From: Amoebidium appalachense
Taxonomy: Eukaryota > Protista > Ichthyosporea
Direction: 5' to 3'
Assembly: GCA_963693365.1 (NCBI GenBank)
Contig: CAVNZM010000008.1
Location: 2,294,001 to 2,358,000, forward strand
Length of the DNA: 64,000 nt
Position numbers and translations under genes: made by a program. The notes beneath the pieces were generated by a model that had not been told where the DNA came from, did not search any database, and was given only the letters and a program-made list of their open reading frames with translations. Positions 50,349 through 62,443 of this stretch are shown piece by piece. Numbering within the stretch: the first letter of the stretch is position 1; each line of letters begins with the position of its first letter.

Positions 50349-51722
50349 TTCGTTAATTTCTGTTGTGAAATAGGGTTACAACTTTGGTAATGACATCACA
50401 AACTATTGAAGAACACCTTGGATTTTGGGAACATGGAACTCAAAAGAAAGACTGAAGACACTCGACACGCTTTGCTCATAGTGAATACTTGTGAAATGGG
50501 TCAGTGGCTTCCTACGCAGTTGGTTTTAAACACTTTTGCGTCATTGGCTTTGATTAAACTAAGAGAGGAGGGTAAACTTTGGAAAAGTGCACTTGTGTAT
50601 CAATTTTTTCGAAAAACCCCGAATAAATGCCATCTATGCTTCGATGGTGGCTATAATTTAAAAAATATAATACAAAAATTAAAGAGAATATTTAAAAACC
50701 CATATAATGTATATGAGAGGCTTCAGAGAACTACCACAATCCTCACACGCTCCGAGTGACACTCGGGAAGCTTTTTGCCCACCTCGGATCACTTATCGAA
50801 AATGATCGCTCCGGGGTAGTGGCAAGCTTGCATTTATAGGTCGGGGCCTATGACAATACTGCAGCCACCAAAAAAGAAAATTAAGATGTATAAGAAGAAA
50901 AAATACATTAATTAAAGATGTCCGTGATCTAATTGATAACTTTTACACTTCAGATGTCACCATATGTCTGTCCAATGCCGGTTTTACACGCCTAATGTGA
51001 CTCTAAGCTATTGGGTTTTGGAAGCGCCAAATATCATCGCTGACATGGTACCAGTCTGATCCAATCACATAAATGGACTATTCCTTATTCTATATTTCCA
51101 CCTTTTGATTGGTTGTTATCGAACCCTAAATCTAAAACGTGATTGCAATTAGTGAGCCAAAAGGGCGATCCATCGTGAGCCAGTCAGCCGGCCGTAGCCA
51201 CTTCTGGGCCAAGACCTCGAGTGACGTCAATGCTATAAAAAGAGTAGGTTACTATGTATAGAAAAGGTGATAATAGCGAGGAAAAAGACCCCGCAAACAC
51301 AAACAACGTTTCAGAAAAAAGTTGGTTTGGTTTACACGGTCTATATTTTGGGGGAAAAGTTGTTTGTATGATAAAACATGAGCCGAAAGGCGAGGGCACC
51401 GAATTTCTGTGTGTGCATAGCCCTCTAATAAATCAAACACTGTCTTCCAGAAATCCTTGTTTGGGCAAATAGGCAAAAGAAAAACCTCTTAACCCCTAAT
51501 AAAGAACCTACATGATACTCGATAACGTATAAGGATTGACTGCCGGGCCAGGTGGGTGTCGTTTTTCAGTCACCAATGTTTGTGGTGGTCACCGGTGGGC
51601 GTAAGTGTGTGGTGTAGGATCAGCTTGTCTGTTTGTCTATATGCGTTGTTCTGCTGCTTTTTTTTTTTCTTTTCATTTCTTTTTTTTTGTGTGTGTGTGG
51701 GTGGGTGGGTGGGTGGGTGGGT

Positions 51723-51753
<31 letters not shown>

Positions 51754-51943
51754 CGAGGGAGGGAGCTGGAAGCGGAAACATTAGCGGAAAATATCTGCCT
51801 TCTAATACACAGCACTCAGGCAGAGTACAATTTTCACAAGTGTGTGTGTGTGTGTGTGTACAGTGTGTATGTGTGCGAATGCCCACGGTGTGCGTGTGTG
51901 CAGGACATGCAGGGAAGGCGGCAGTGGGGCGGGGATTGGAAAA

Positions 51944-51984
<41 letters not shown>

Positions 51985-52200
51985 AAGCATAGGTTTATTA
52001 TAATAAAACGACCAAAAACGTAGGAATATGTGCGGCACAAACGAAAGAAATTTCTGTCGTTGACACTGCAAAACAACACATAGTGCTTATGAAAGATATC
52101 TACAAACCACGGCCATCTGGAAACACCGTTGTCTAGATGGCCGTGGTACAAACCAAGACACATTTTGGTGGTATTGATGTATGAATGTATCTGGGTGGGT

Positions 52201-52235
<35 letters not shown>

Positions 52236-53039
52236 CTCGGGGGTGGTCCCAACCACTCCCAGCTCTCTCGAGCCCAAATCCGTCTTGAGAACTAAAAACA
52301 TCCCAATGTTGTAAAGCATACACACACCATTCATTCTAACAGACACAGAGAGGCACCTACCCACCCCACAGATAAAAGGGGGAGTGCCGGGGGGATACCT
52401 GGAGAGTTGAAGTTGATCCTGAGGTAATAGGATTCTTAAAGAAGCCACCAGAATGCCACAGCTACGGCTGGTGTTAGGCACCGAACAGTTCTGCCAAAAT
52501 TTCGAAATCAGTGACCCCGATTAGCACCCGTTGTGATCAAAGTAAACAACCATTTGGTCAGTCAGAGGAGAGGCTTGCATGTTTCAACAAACGTCACGGA
52601 AACGATGACAACAGCTCGGGCAGGACACACACGTGTCGTATTTGTATTGTAAGTGATAGACGGAAAGGAGGGAAGCCTGTGTGGATGCAGCAAACAATTG
52701 GTATGTGAAAGTAGAGCCCATCATCGGCTTCTTCTCGTTGTAGTGAGCAGTGTTGGATGTAAATACTACAGCTGAATATGTAACACACATGTCGCCGAAA
52801 CGATGACAAGAGCTCGAGAAAGCATGAAATGATGATTGACAAGGGTTTATCTCAAACAATATTGTACATGAGAAGGAAAGCAACAAGCAAACGTACTCTC
52901 TCGGAGCGAAGCACAGAGGGAGGGTGTGTATGTGTGTGTGTCTGTGTGTGTGTGTGTCTGGGTGTGGGTGTGGGTGCGTATAAGGGGGAAAGAGGGAAGG
53001 TGCCGAAGAGAAATTAGGGTGCAGGCAGCCCCAAAGAAG

Positions 53040-53072
<33 letters not shown>

Positions 53073-53221
53073 CATGTGGGGGTGTGTGTGTGTGTGTGCG
53101 TGCATGCGTGTGTGTGTGCGTGTGTGCGTGTGTGTGTGGGTGTGTGGGTGTGTGGGTGTGTGTGTGTGTGTGTGTGTGTGCGTGTGGGGGGGGTGGGGGG
53201 GGGGGGGGGGAGGGGGCGGGG

Positions 53222-53323
53222 AGGTTTGGAACGTGTTATAAAACACGAAGTACACATTCATAACGGACAACACTGCAGAGTGCAAAGCACACAAAGTGTA
53301 TACATAATAAGATGAGCCCATTC

Positions 53324-53325
<2 letters not shown>
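53222..53325 (-). mobile_element. Diverged copy of the poly-C-terminated repeat
   Basis: The reverse complement reads aagaatgggctcatcttattatgtatac…tgtgtacttcgtg…cacgttccaaacctcccc, between G tracts on the + strand. Confidence 0.7.
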
Positions 53326-53363
<38 letters not shown>

Positions 53364-53646
53364 CTCCCTATAGCAATCAGTGTTGTAAACTAAAGGAGGG
53401 TGTGTCATGACATAACGCGTTGTTGCCGCATAGTTTGCAGCATGGGGTGATATGGGGCGGGGCGGGGCGGGGCGGGGGGAGGGGGGGGGGGGGGAGGGGG
53501 GGAGGGGAGGGGGAGCGGCGTTTAAGGTTACAGTACTTCGAATCAGAAGTGCCAGAGAGAACAATTAGTCCGAGAAAGAGCCCAGGGGGAAGGGACGGGA
53601 GGCTCGCCGTGCAAGGGCAAGGAAGGGGAGAGGGGAAAACGTGAAG

Positions 53647-53685
<39 letters not shown>

Positions 53686-53906
53686 GTTGAGTAGGCCCTG
53701 TACAACTGCACATATACACCAGGAAAACACGATACAGGTCTTGGTAACAAGTGTACAGCTGGCCGGGTACGTAGCACTAGCCGTACTCCAATTTGACAAG
53801 AAGGTAACGGAGCAAAGACAAAACAGATCGATACAGATATGGCCACGGGCAGTTCAAAGACATTTTCCTTTACGTGGAAGTAACAGGAGGTTTTCTTTTT
53901 TTTTTT

Positions 53907-53949
<43 letters not shown>

Positions 53950-54210
53950 ACGACAGGAAAAAAGAAAATGGATTTATTAACAAAAAAAGACATTACGGCA
54001 ACTTTGCCCCACGGTAAAAAGGGAAAAGGGAGGAAGTAAGAAGTCAAAACCGGGGGGGGTGGGGGGTGGGGGGGAAGAAAGTGTTATAGGGTACGTAAAT
54101 GCGCACATGAGGGACAACACAATGCAGAGTACAAAGCACACATACGAAGTATTAAAAGAGGGAGCTGGGCTGGGGGGGGGGGGGGGGGGGGGGGGGGGAA
54201 GGGTACTTAC

Positions 54211-55276
54211 CCATAAACTTCCGCTCTGCTGGGTCCAAAACCGGTGACCCACTCTTCCGGCCAAAAGTACGCAACAGCATCCCACGCTTGGGCGTTTTGC
54301 GTTCTTCCTTTTCATCCTCGTGCGCCCAATCCCCCTCTAAGCCTTCTATTTTCACACCCTCTACTTTGGCAGTAGGGATAGCTGGCGTGGGTAATGTTGA
54401 ACTGATCTGATGTTCTTCCGGCTGTATATCGATATCTCGGCCTTGGACCGAGGAACGTATAACACCCGTTTTCTTGCTTCCTGAAGTAGACCCCGGCCGA
54501 CTGGGGGGTTTCTCCACTTTCACTAAATTGTCTCTTTTCTTTTCCGGGGTTTTCCGTTTCCTCGTCGCCGTACTTCGACCACTTGTTTTCTCCTTCCCCT
54601 CCTCCTCCTCCTCCTCCTCCTCCTCCTTATCAAAAAAGTCAAAAACGTCTCTCTTTCTTGGTTGGCCATCGCCTGCATTGGTTTTAGCTTTGGTAGATGT
54701 GTTTTCCTTTTCTGACAATCTACGTGCCGACCTTCTCCTCGGCCTTTTGGGGGAGGAAAGAACCAACGATTGTGACAGGTCAAAAGTGGTCGAGTCAGCA
54801 AAATGATTGTCGCCCATCTTTGAACGCTTCACGCCACGCACAGCCATGCTTGTGTCTACTCCCTCCTGTTCTCTTTCCTCGTCATGATCGTGGCCTTCTG
54901 TTAACGTAAGGGGTAAATCCTCCCTCACAACTGCCATTTTTTCCTTGCCAACATCTTGCCCATCATTCACCCCCTCATCTTGCTCCGCGTTATAAACAGC
55001 TGCGAGAACATTCCTGTTTAACTCCTCTTCTCTTTCTTCTCCGGACTCGTTCTTCTGTGGGCCGAGTTGTGATGTTTCCAGGATGGTGCCATCCCCACTT
55101 TGACATGCCCACCCTTGTAGCTCCCCTGCTCTAAGTTTAACCCAGAGGCCAAACAAGGAGTCTGGTTTTGGGGTTGAAACTTGCTCAGGTTCACAATCCA
55201 TGATCAAAGAAAGCACTGCTGATCTATTTACAGCAATGAAAGTTGGAAGACACGAAGAATCTAGCACAACGGAAGG
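54211..55276 (-). CDS. Large exon of a charged, low-complexity putative nuclear protein
   Basis: 1066-nt open exon between a ttttgcag acceptor and a G|GTAAGT donor. Contains basic clusters (SPKRPRRR, RKRKTPEKKR) and poly-Glu. Candidate upstream exons extend to ~56640; downstream exons are unresolved. Confidence 0.7.
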
Positions 55277-55359
55277 CTGCAAAACTTAGCGCTCGCTAGT
55301 CTCTCTCTTTACTCCTCTCCATCTCTCTCTGTCTCTCCCCCTTTCTCCCTCCGTCTCTT

Positions 55360-55395
<36 letters not shown>

Positions 55396-56714
55396 TGTGT
55401 GTGCGTGCGTGCGTGTGTGTGCGCATGTGTGTGTGTGTGTCTGTGTGTGTCTGTGGGTCCCTCTCTCTATCCGGCGCTGGGCTCTCCCTCCCTCCCTCCC
55501 TCCCTCTCTCTTTCTCTTCACCCACTCTCCTCCTCCTGTCTCTCTCCTCGGGATCTCTCTATTCCTTCTCCCTCGCGCCCAAGTTTCTATTTTTCTCTCT
55601 CTCTTTCGTTTGTCAGTGCGTAAATGTGTATGTTATGTGCGTTCGTCCAAAACAAAGTAAGCTTGTGCACGTGTGTTTTTAACTTTTCTGTTGACCGCAC
55701 CACTGAGTCCTCTTCCCGGCATGTGCGGAAGTTTGTATGTTAACGTATACCTCATCTTTACGCTTTTGGCTGCTCAAATAATCATCAGTCTGACCTTTGA
55801 TGTCATCAATAGTAGAGCTGTACCTCGGGAGTTCCGAATCGTTACAACGGGGGCGAGTCATGCCCGGTACTGGCAGACGGGGGGGGGGAGGGCAGCACAG
55901 CAGCATGGCTTACAGACTCTTCGAACTTTGCTGCCCAACTTGCTCAGTACTAGTTAGGGGCTCGCAGCAAAACCGGGTTCTTGAGCCCTGACAACTAGAT
56001 AATCATTCACTGGGGCCTTTTGTTCTCCGTGATTAATCACAGAAGCGAACCCCCCTCCCCCTCCCCCTCCCCGGGCCCTCTCCCCTGCCCCCCCCCCAAA
56101 CTTCCCCCTTTCCCCCTTCCCCCCTCCCCCTCCCTGATAGGCCACCAGGACCTCAGGACCGACATCACCCCCTTCCCTCCCCCCTCTCCTTCCCCATCCT
56201 CCTTTTCCCATGCCCTCAGGCCGGCCCTCTAGAGATCCTCCTTTCTGAGTTCAAACTCCCCGTGCGATAACCCGCGCGCTTTGTTAAATCATTAGAGCTC
56301 TTGTTATTGACTTCCTCGTGGCGACTACAGATACCCGGCATTGGCGTATGCTGCTTGCCCCAAGATCAAACAAGCAAGCCTTGAGAATCTTGATCTACAA
56401 AAAATAGGAGTGATCGCAAGGGGGGAGGAGGGGGGAGGGGGGGGGGGGCAAACCTGAGGCATTGCTGAAAGTACTCTAAAATGATCAACTGCGTACTTGA
56501 TGGCGGGGAAAAGCTTATTAAGTGTAGAAGCCTGTAGAATGATGTAGTCGTCCCAAGATTTCTCACGTTTTTGCTGGGTGTAGGCTGTGGCAGCTGGCTG
56601 TGGCACTGTGGGCAACAAGGTGCGCAGTCCTTGTGCACGTGACAAATTCCAGATCTATCGTGTAATTCAATTCATTGGTTCAGCGCGCATCAAGGAAAGC
56701 CTAGCTGCCTAAGC

Positions 56715-56810
56715 CGCTTTTGATTGGACACGTGATTGAATATCTACGAAGTAAAATTGTCCGCCAATCACATTACGTAGTCTGCAAGGTTGAGGGTATA
56801 TAAACAGCTC
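56715..56810. promoter_or_regulatory. Putative divergent promoter with opposed CCAAT boxes and a TATA box
   Basis: ATTGG at 56723, CCAAT at 56764 and TATATAAA at 56797, between divergently oriented genes. Confidence 0.5.
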
Positions 56811-57093
56811 ACGGGAAGCCGAGACTCTGCTCAGTTTGCCAAATCGAGATGAAATTTTCTCTTTTCTAAACAAACCAGACACACACGGTGTGTGTGGCAG
56901 TTTGCCTAATACTTCACTGCGTACATAGAAAACCCCCTGAATAGCATAAACCTAATTTCTTTTGTTTGCTGTTCGATATATCGGAGGAATTCCTGATGCA
57001 CGTTGGCAGTGTTGTTCGAGCTCATACCGGCACCGTTCGAATTCGAAGTTTCACGCGCTGAGGTAATACATAGATAAATCAATTTGCGACAAA

Positions 57094-58471
57094 ATGGGTG
57101 CAGAAATTCAGTGTGGCCCTGCTTTTGCAGAGGCAACCACAGACGTAGGCATGTCGCCGCGTTTCAAGTGGTATCCCCGCATGCTACTTCTCGTTCCAGT
57201 TTTTGCGCTGTTTTACACCCCATATGCATGGCCTTTCCTTTTCGCTGCATTTGTTCTTCGCAGCATTTACTATTACGCCTTTGTCCTCCCCAAATACAAC
57301 CCACCCAAGCTTGAAATTCAGCATAAATACGTGGTGACGAGGGACTCCACACGTGTGCACTACTACGTTGTGGGTGAGGACCCAACAAACGGAGACCGCA
57401 CGATTGTTCTTGCAAACGGTGTGGGGTGTCTTTTCATCTTCTGGCGCTATGTCATTACCCATTTGGTTTCACGCGGCTACCGTTTTGTCTCGTGGGACCA
57501 ACGCGGTCAGTTCATGAGCGAGGCGCCGCCCCGCACACGCAACCTCTCCATGCGTGATTTTGCGCTGGATTGTGCTGAGATTATGGACGACATGGGCATG
57601 AGGAAGTGTGCCGTGCTGCTGGGTTGGTCGACTGGTGTCCAGGTTGGTGAGGAGAAGGGGGGAAGAAGGGGAAGGGGAAGGAAGGGTGGGGGAGGAGGGG
57701 GAGGGGGAGAACAGAGGGTGGGGGGGGGTGGGCTGGTGTTGAGATGGTGTGTATATGTTTCATGAACACGAGGGGGGAGGGGAGGGGGGGGGAGGGGGGG
57801 GGGGGGGGGGGGGGGTTTTGCAAGGAGCTACATACATAGTTATTCTTATATATGTTTTTTCCTAATTTTTCTTTTGTTTTTTTATAGCGGGGGGGGGTTT
57901 TTTTTAGAAGGGGAGGGGGGAGGGGGTGGGGAGGGGGGAGGGAGGGGGCTACGTTATGAGTCATGGCAGTGAAGCTGCTAATAAGAGGATGATTTTCAGT
58001 GTAAAAATATAGGCAAGAGCCAAAAAGCTAATACTACGTACAGGTTGGGCTTGAATTTGCCGCGCTCTTTCCCGAGCGCCTGGGCAGGCTGGTTGTGACC
58101 AACGGCAACCACGGGCAGACCTTCACGTGTGTACTGCAGCCCCTGCTCAGGTTACCCCCAATGAAGCAGCTGCTGCACTACGTCATCGAATACATCATCC
58201 GCCCACTGTGCCCATACCGCGAGGTCATCCTGGACTTCCTCAACAGGTGGGTTTGCATACTATTGTTAGGAAATGATGGCTTAGATACGTTTGTTCACCT
58301 TGGTTTAAGTTGGGTTGGTAATCCTTGGCGGGGGCTAAAGAAAAGAGGCTAGGAAAGGAATGAGTTTGCAGGATGATTATGGGAGGGGAGCCCATGGGGA
58401 GAAGGGGACCGGGGGAGAGGGGGGAAGGAGGGGGGGAGGGGGGGGGGGGGGGGGGGGGGGGAGGGCGGATA

Positions 58472-58507
<36 letters not shown>

Positions 58508-59697
58508 GGGGGAGGGGGGGAGGGGGGGGGGGGGGGGGGCAGGGGCTCAAGGAGCTTGAAGCATGCCTTTGTGTAATTTCATGGCTGTCCCAGTAGCCCA
58601 TGTGCCCTCAGTTTTGCAAAGCGTCCGCGTGGCCTACTCCCTGTGTAAGTCTTTGCCGGAATTAGCAATAATTATCTAATAAGTATGGTGTCTCGCTAAC
58701 TATCTCTGCAGGAACTATGGCTGGATCAAGATGTTCACAGGTCGGCCATGGGCCACACTTGCCCTTGAGCCGTCCATCGAGGATTACCTTATTTGGTATG
58801 TGAATGGGCTGCTTGGCAGTGGCGAGGGCCACTTCATGCGCTTCTTCCGTGTCTGCCAGGTCAGTAAATCCCTACATGTTAAATGGGGTCGTGGATTGAT
58901 GGAATTTTTTGAATGATTCCCCTAAACCTCCCCCCTCCCCTGCCCCCGCTCATGCTGGTCCTTTTCCTCCCTCTTTCCCCCCTCCAACTCTCTTCTCCCC
59001 CCCCGCCCCCCTTCCCCTCGCCCCCTCGCCCCTCCCCCACCCCCCGCCAAACCAATACTAATAATAAAAGGAAGGGGGGGAGGGGGGAATGAGGGGGTGA
59101 AGTGGGGCCTGGAAGGAGGGGGGAGGGGGAGGGGCGGGGGGGGGGGGGGGGGGGGGGGGGGGGACGGAAACATATAAAAAAAATTAAGGGGAGGGGTGTG
59201 GGGGGGGAGGGGGGGGGGGGGGGAAACAAAACGAGAAGGAAAGAATCAAAGAGAGAGAAAAGAAAGAAGATAATATAGACCATAAACATCATTTGTTTGC
59301 TTTTGCAAGTTGTGCCAATGTCCTGTCCTGCATCCGCTAAAAGTTTGTTATATTTCTCGGTACTTTGCATTGCTGTACACGTGCGCGAAGCTCTACCCTC
59401 CCTCCCACGTTTCCACGTTCCCCCCCCCCCCCCCGCCCCCGCCCCCCCCCCCCTCCCCCCCCCCCCCCCCCCAACACTTCCACCACAGTATGTCTTAACT
59501 TTGTAGGGTTGTTGTAGAGAGTTTTCTGCAAAATCTCAACAACGTTTTTTTAAGCCATGCTGGGCAAGAGAAATGGAAAGAGCTCTGGATTGCTATATTT
59601 TCCTTGGTTTTTTTTTTTTTTTTTTTGGGGGGGGGGGGGGGAGGGGGAGGGGGAGGGGTGAGGGGGGGGGGGGGGGGGGGCATGTGGTGGTTTGGGT

Positions 59698-59729
<32 letters not shown>

Positions 59730-60742
59730 GGGGGGGGGGGGGGCAAGAGCAACTTAGACGCCGGACAGCATTTCCTATTGTGCTCGCTGATTGCAGGACT
59801 TTGGACACATGTGTGTGCAGGTGCAGATGCAGAGGTGAACTACATAGCCCTCCGTATATCAGTGTCCCTGTCTATGTGTGTGTATACAAGAGAGTTGGTT
59901 AGGGAAGGTGTGGGAGGGGGCTTTTGCTTGCACGTCATAGCCCAGTGTGTGTGTATGTGTGCCCGTGGATATGGGTATGCATGTTTGGTGTGTGTGTGCA
60001 TGGAGTTTTGCGTATGATTATGCCTTGTGCGTGTGTGCATGGAATATTGCGTATAATTATGCATGTGTGTGCGTGCACATGACGCAGGCCACCTACTAAT
60101 GGCACGTACACTTCCATGGTCCTGGGTGCGAATACGCGATGATGTTCTTATGCCATTGTTTCCCGAATCGTGCAAGCTCTTTCTCCGGTGTGTATGGATG
60201 CCCATTGGTTGTGGTGCGCGTGCACGATTAAAGACCCTGTTTGCGCGCTATATTCCTTTTACGCACAACAACTACATGTATCCTGCACTGAGTGTCCTAG
60301 GTATTAACAATATCCATTTTTTTCCACACAGGAACTGGACGCACACAGTGTCTACCACCTTCTTCCCGAGATCGAAACACCCACCACACTCGTTTCCGGG
60401 TGCCTGGACTTCCTCACACCATGCTTCCAAATGTACGAAATGGAAGCACTTATGCCCAACGTTCGCCATATCAACCTTCTTTTCCACTCGCACTTTGTCA
60501 TTTTCGAGAACCCACAGGTTCTTATTAAGTGTGTGGACGAAGCGCTTGATGATTATGCAGCTGAAATGGACGCTTTGTACGCTAAAGAGGATGAACATCT
60601 GGAGGAACTGAGGAGCAGCGAGAGCGACATGGAGCACATGTTGACGGGAAGGGATGCAAAGTGTGCTGGAAACAACGAGAAGAAGACTCTGATGGGCGCT
60701 TTGGCTTCTGGGCTCCGCCGCCGCTCCGTTACGGGTGCATAG
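57094..60742 (+). CDS. Membrane-anchored alpha/beta-fold hydrolase (lipase/esterase-like)
   Basis: Exons 57094-57642, 58044-58246, 58712-58859, 60332-60742, phase-consistent. N-terminal hydrophobic segment, oxyanion-region VLANGVG, nucleophile GWSTG, acid SGCLDFLT and His in FHSHFVIFENP. Confidence 0.92.
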
Positions 60743-61563
60743 TTGGTGCTTTTAGTTCAGGATATGTGCAGGCTCTTCTTAGATATATTCAGTCTAGCAG
60801 CTCTTGTAAGTTACTATGCGACGATTTGTTTGCAAATACCATCAAGTTTCGTTTTATATTTTTTTTAAGGGACCTTTGAACTGCAGCTTTCCGCTGCTCT
60901 TATTAGATTTAGTTCATAAATAACCATCCCCCCTCTCCCCTTTCCCCCCCCCCCCCCCCCCCCCCTCCCCTCCCCCGGGGGGAGGGGGGCCTCCCATTCG
61001 ACCACTTTGTTGTTGAGGCATGCACCAAAAGGTCCCAAGCCTAGGCATCGACGTTACTGTACAAGTATAAAAATGTAGTAGTGCCGGTCACTGCTGCAAG
61101 CAAGAAAAACAAAAGTCTCTTAGTCGAACTTCTCGGTATAAGTGCTAAACAAGTTCTAGACCACCATGAAATTTATCTTCATTGTAGAACATTAGCGCTA
61201 AGGAGAAGGGGATGTGTCTGATAGGTGGGAATCAAAATCTTGTGCTACGTGCTACGTGGATAAGTCTTTTTGTTTTTTTGTGTGTGTGTGTGTTTAGACA
61301 AGGAGGGGGGGGGGGGGGGGGGGGGGGGGGGTGAGATTCATTTTCGATTTTTGGAGGTCAGGACTATGTTAGACCCTGGAAGCTGGACGGAGGGAGGGGA
61401 CGAGAGGGGGGGGGGAGATGGAATGGTGAACCTCTGGATGCGGGAATTCGCCTTAATTTTCTTTTTTGGTGTGTGTGCGCGCAAACGTGTTGTATGTGTC
61501 TGTGTGGGTGTCTATATGCATGCGTGTGTGCGTGTGTGTGTGTGTGCGCGTGTGTGCGTGTCT

Positions 61564-61637
<74 letters not shown>

Positions 61638-61654
61638 CACGGTGTGTGTGTGTA

Positions 61655-61802
<148 letters not shown>

Positions 61803-62119
61803 TGTGTGTGTGACAAGTGTGTGCACGCCCGTGCACGTTTGAGTGTGTGTGTGTGTTGTGTGTGAGTGGGGGGGGCGGTGGTTGGTGGGGTATGAGGGAT
61901 GGGTGCATATGGAAAGAAGATCTTGCAGCACATAATTTGCCCCCCTCCCCCCTCCCCCCCTCCCCCCCCCCCCCCCCCCCCCTTTCCGACCCCGGGGAGC
62001 ACAAACCATCCGGCTGGGCCACCCACACCCATGGCCATACCTGCCAGCTTTGTTTTAACCTCAATACTCCACCATTACATGGATATAGCATATCCACACA
62101 CTACCCTCAGTATATCCTT

Positions 62120-62403
62120 TTAACAGAGCACACACCGTATGTACTTCATGTCAACGAAATTTCGGTCATGTCCAGGCTCCGGATATTGACTTTCTATATA
62201 GCGGACTGTTAACCATTGTCGTGGGGTGTTGCCTGGCATGTTAGAATATTGTTCAAGTATCGCAACCAGTGTGCATACGATCAGACCGTGTGCATGCCCT
62301 CAGACCCGCTTGCACACGTGTTGACATGGCAAAGATTACGCTCATTACTCAAAATGGCCCATAGCAAAAAAAAGGCCCCCATAGGTGCTTAGTACAGTAG
62401 CCA

Positions 62404-62443
<40 letters not shown>

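Noticed and set aside
52596-52820. Imperfect direct repeat gaaacgatgacaa.agctcg about 200 bp apart, and minus-strand exon candidates at 52395-53770
   Set aside because: Only two degenerate copies, and I could not build a unique phase-consistent continuation of the 54211 exon.
56560-56650. Cys cluster CHVHKDCAPCCPQC on the minus strand resembling a RING fragment
   Set aside because: Spacing does not fit a RING, there is no start codon, and a different frame fits the downstream splice donor better.
60965-60990. GC palindrome ccctcccccggggggaggg as a possible terminus of the helicase element
   Set aside because: C-run/G-run juxtapositions are frequent in this window, and there is no matching second end to test.
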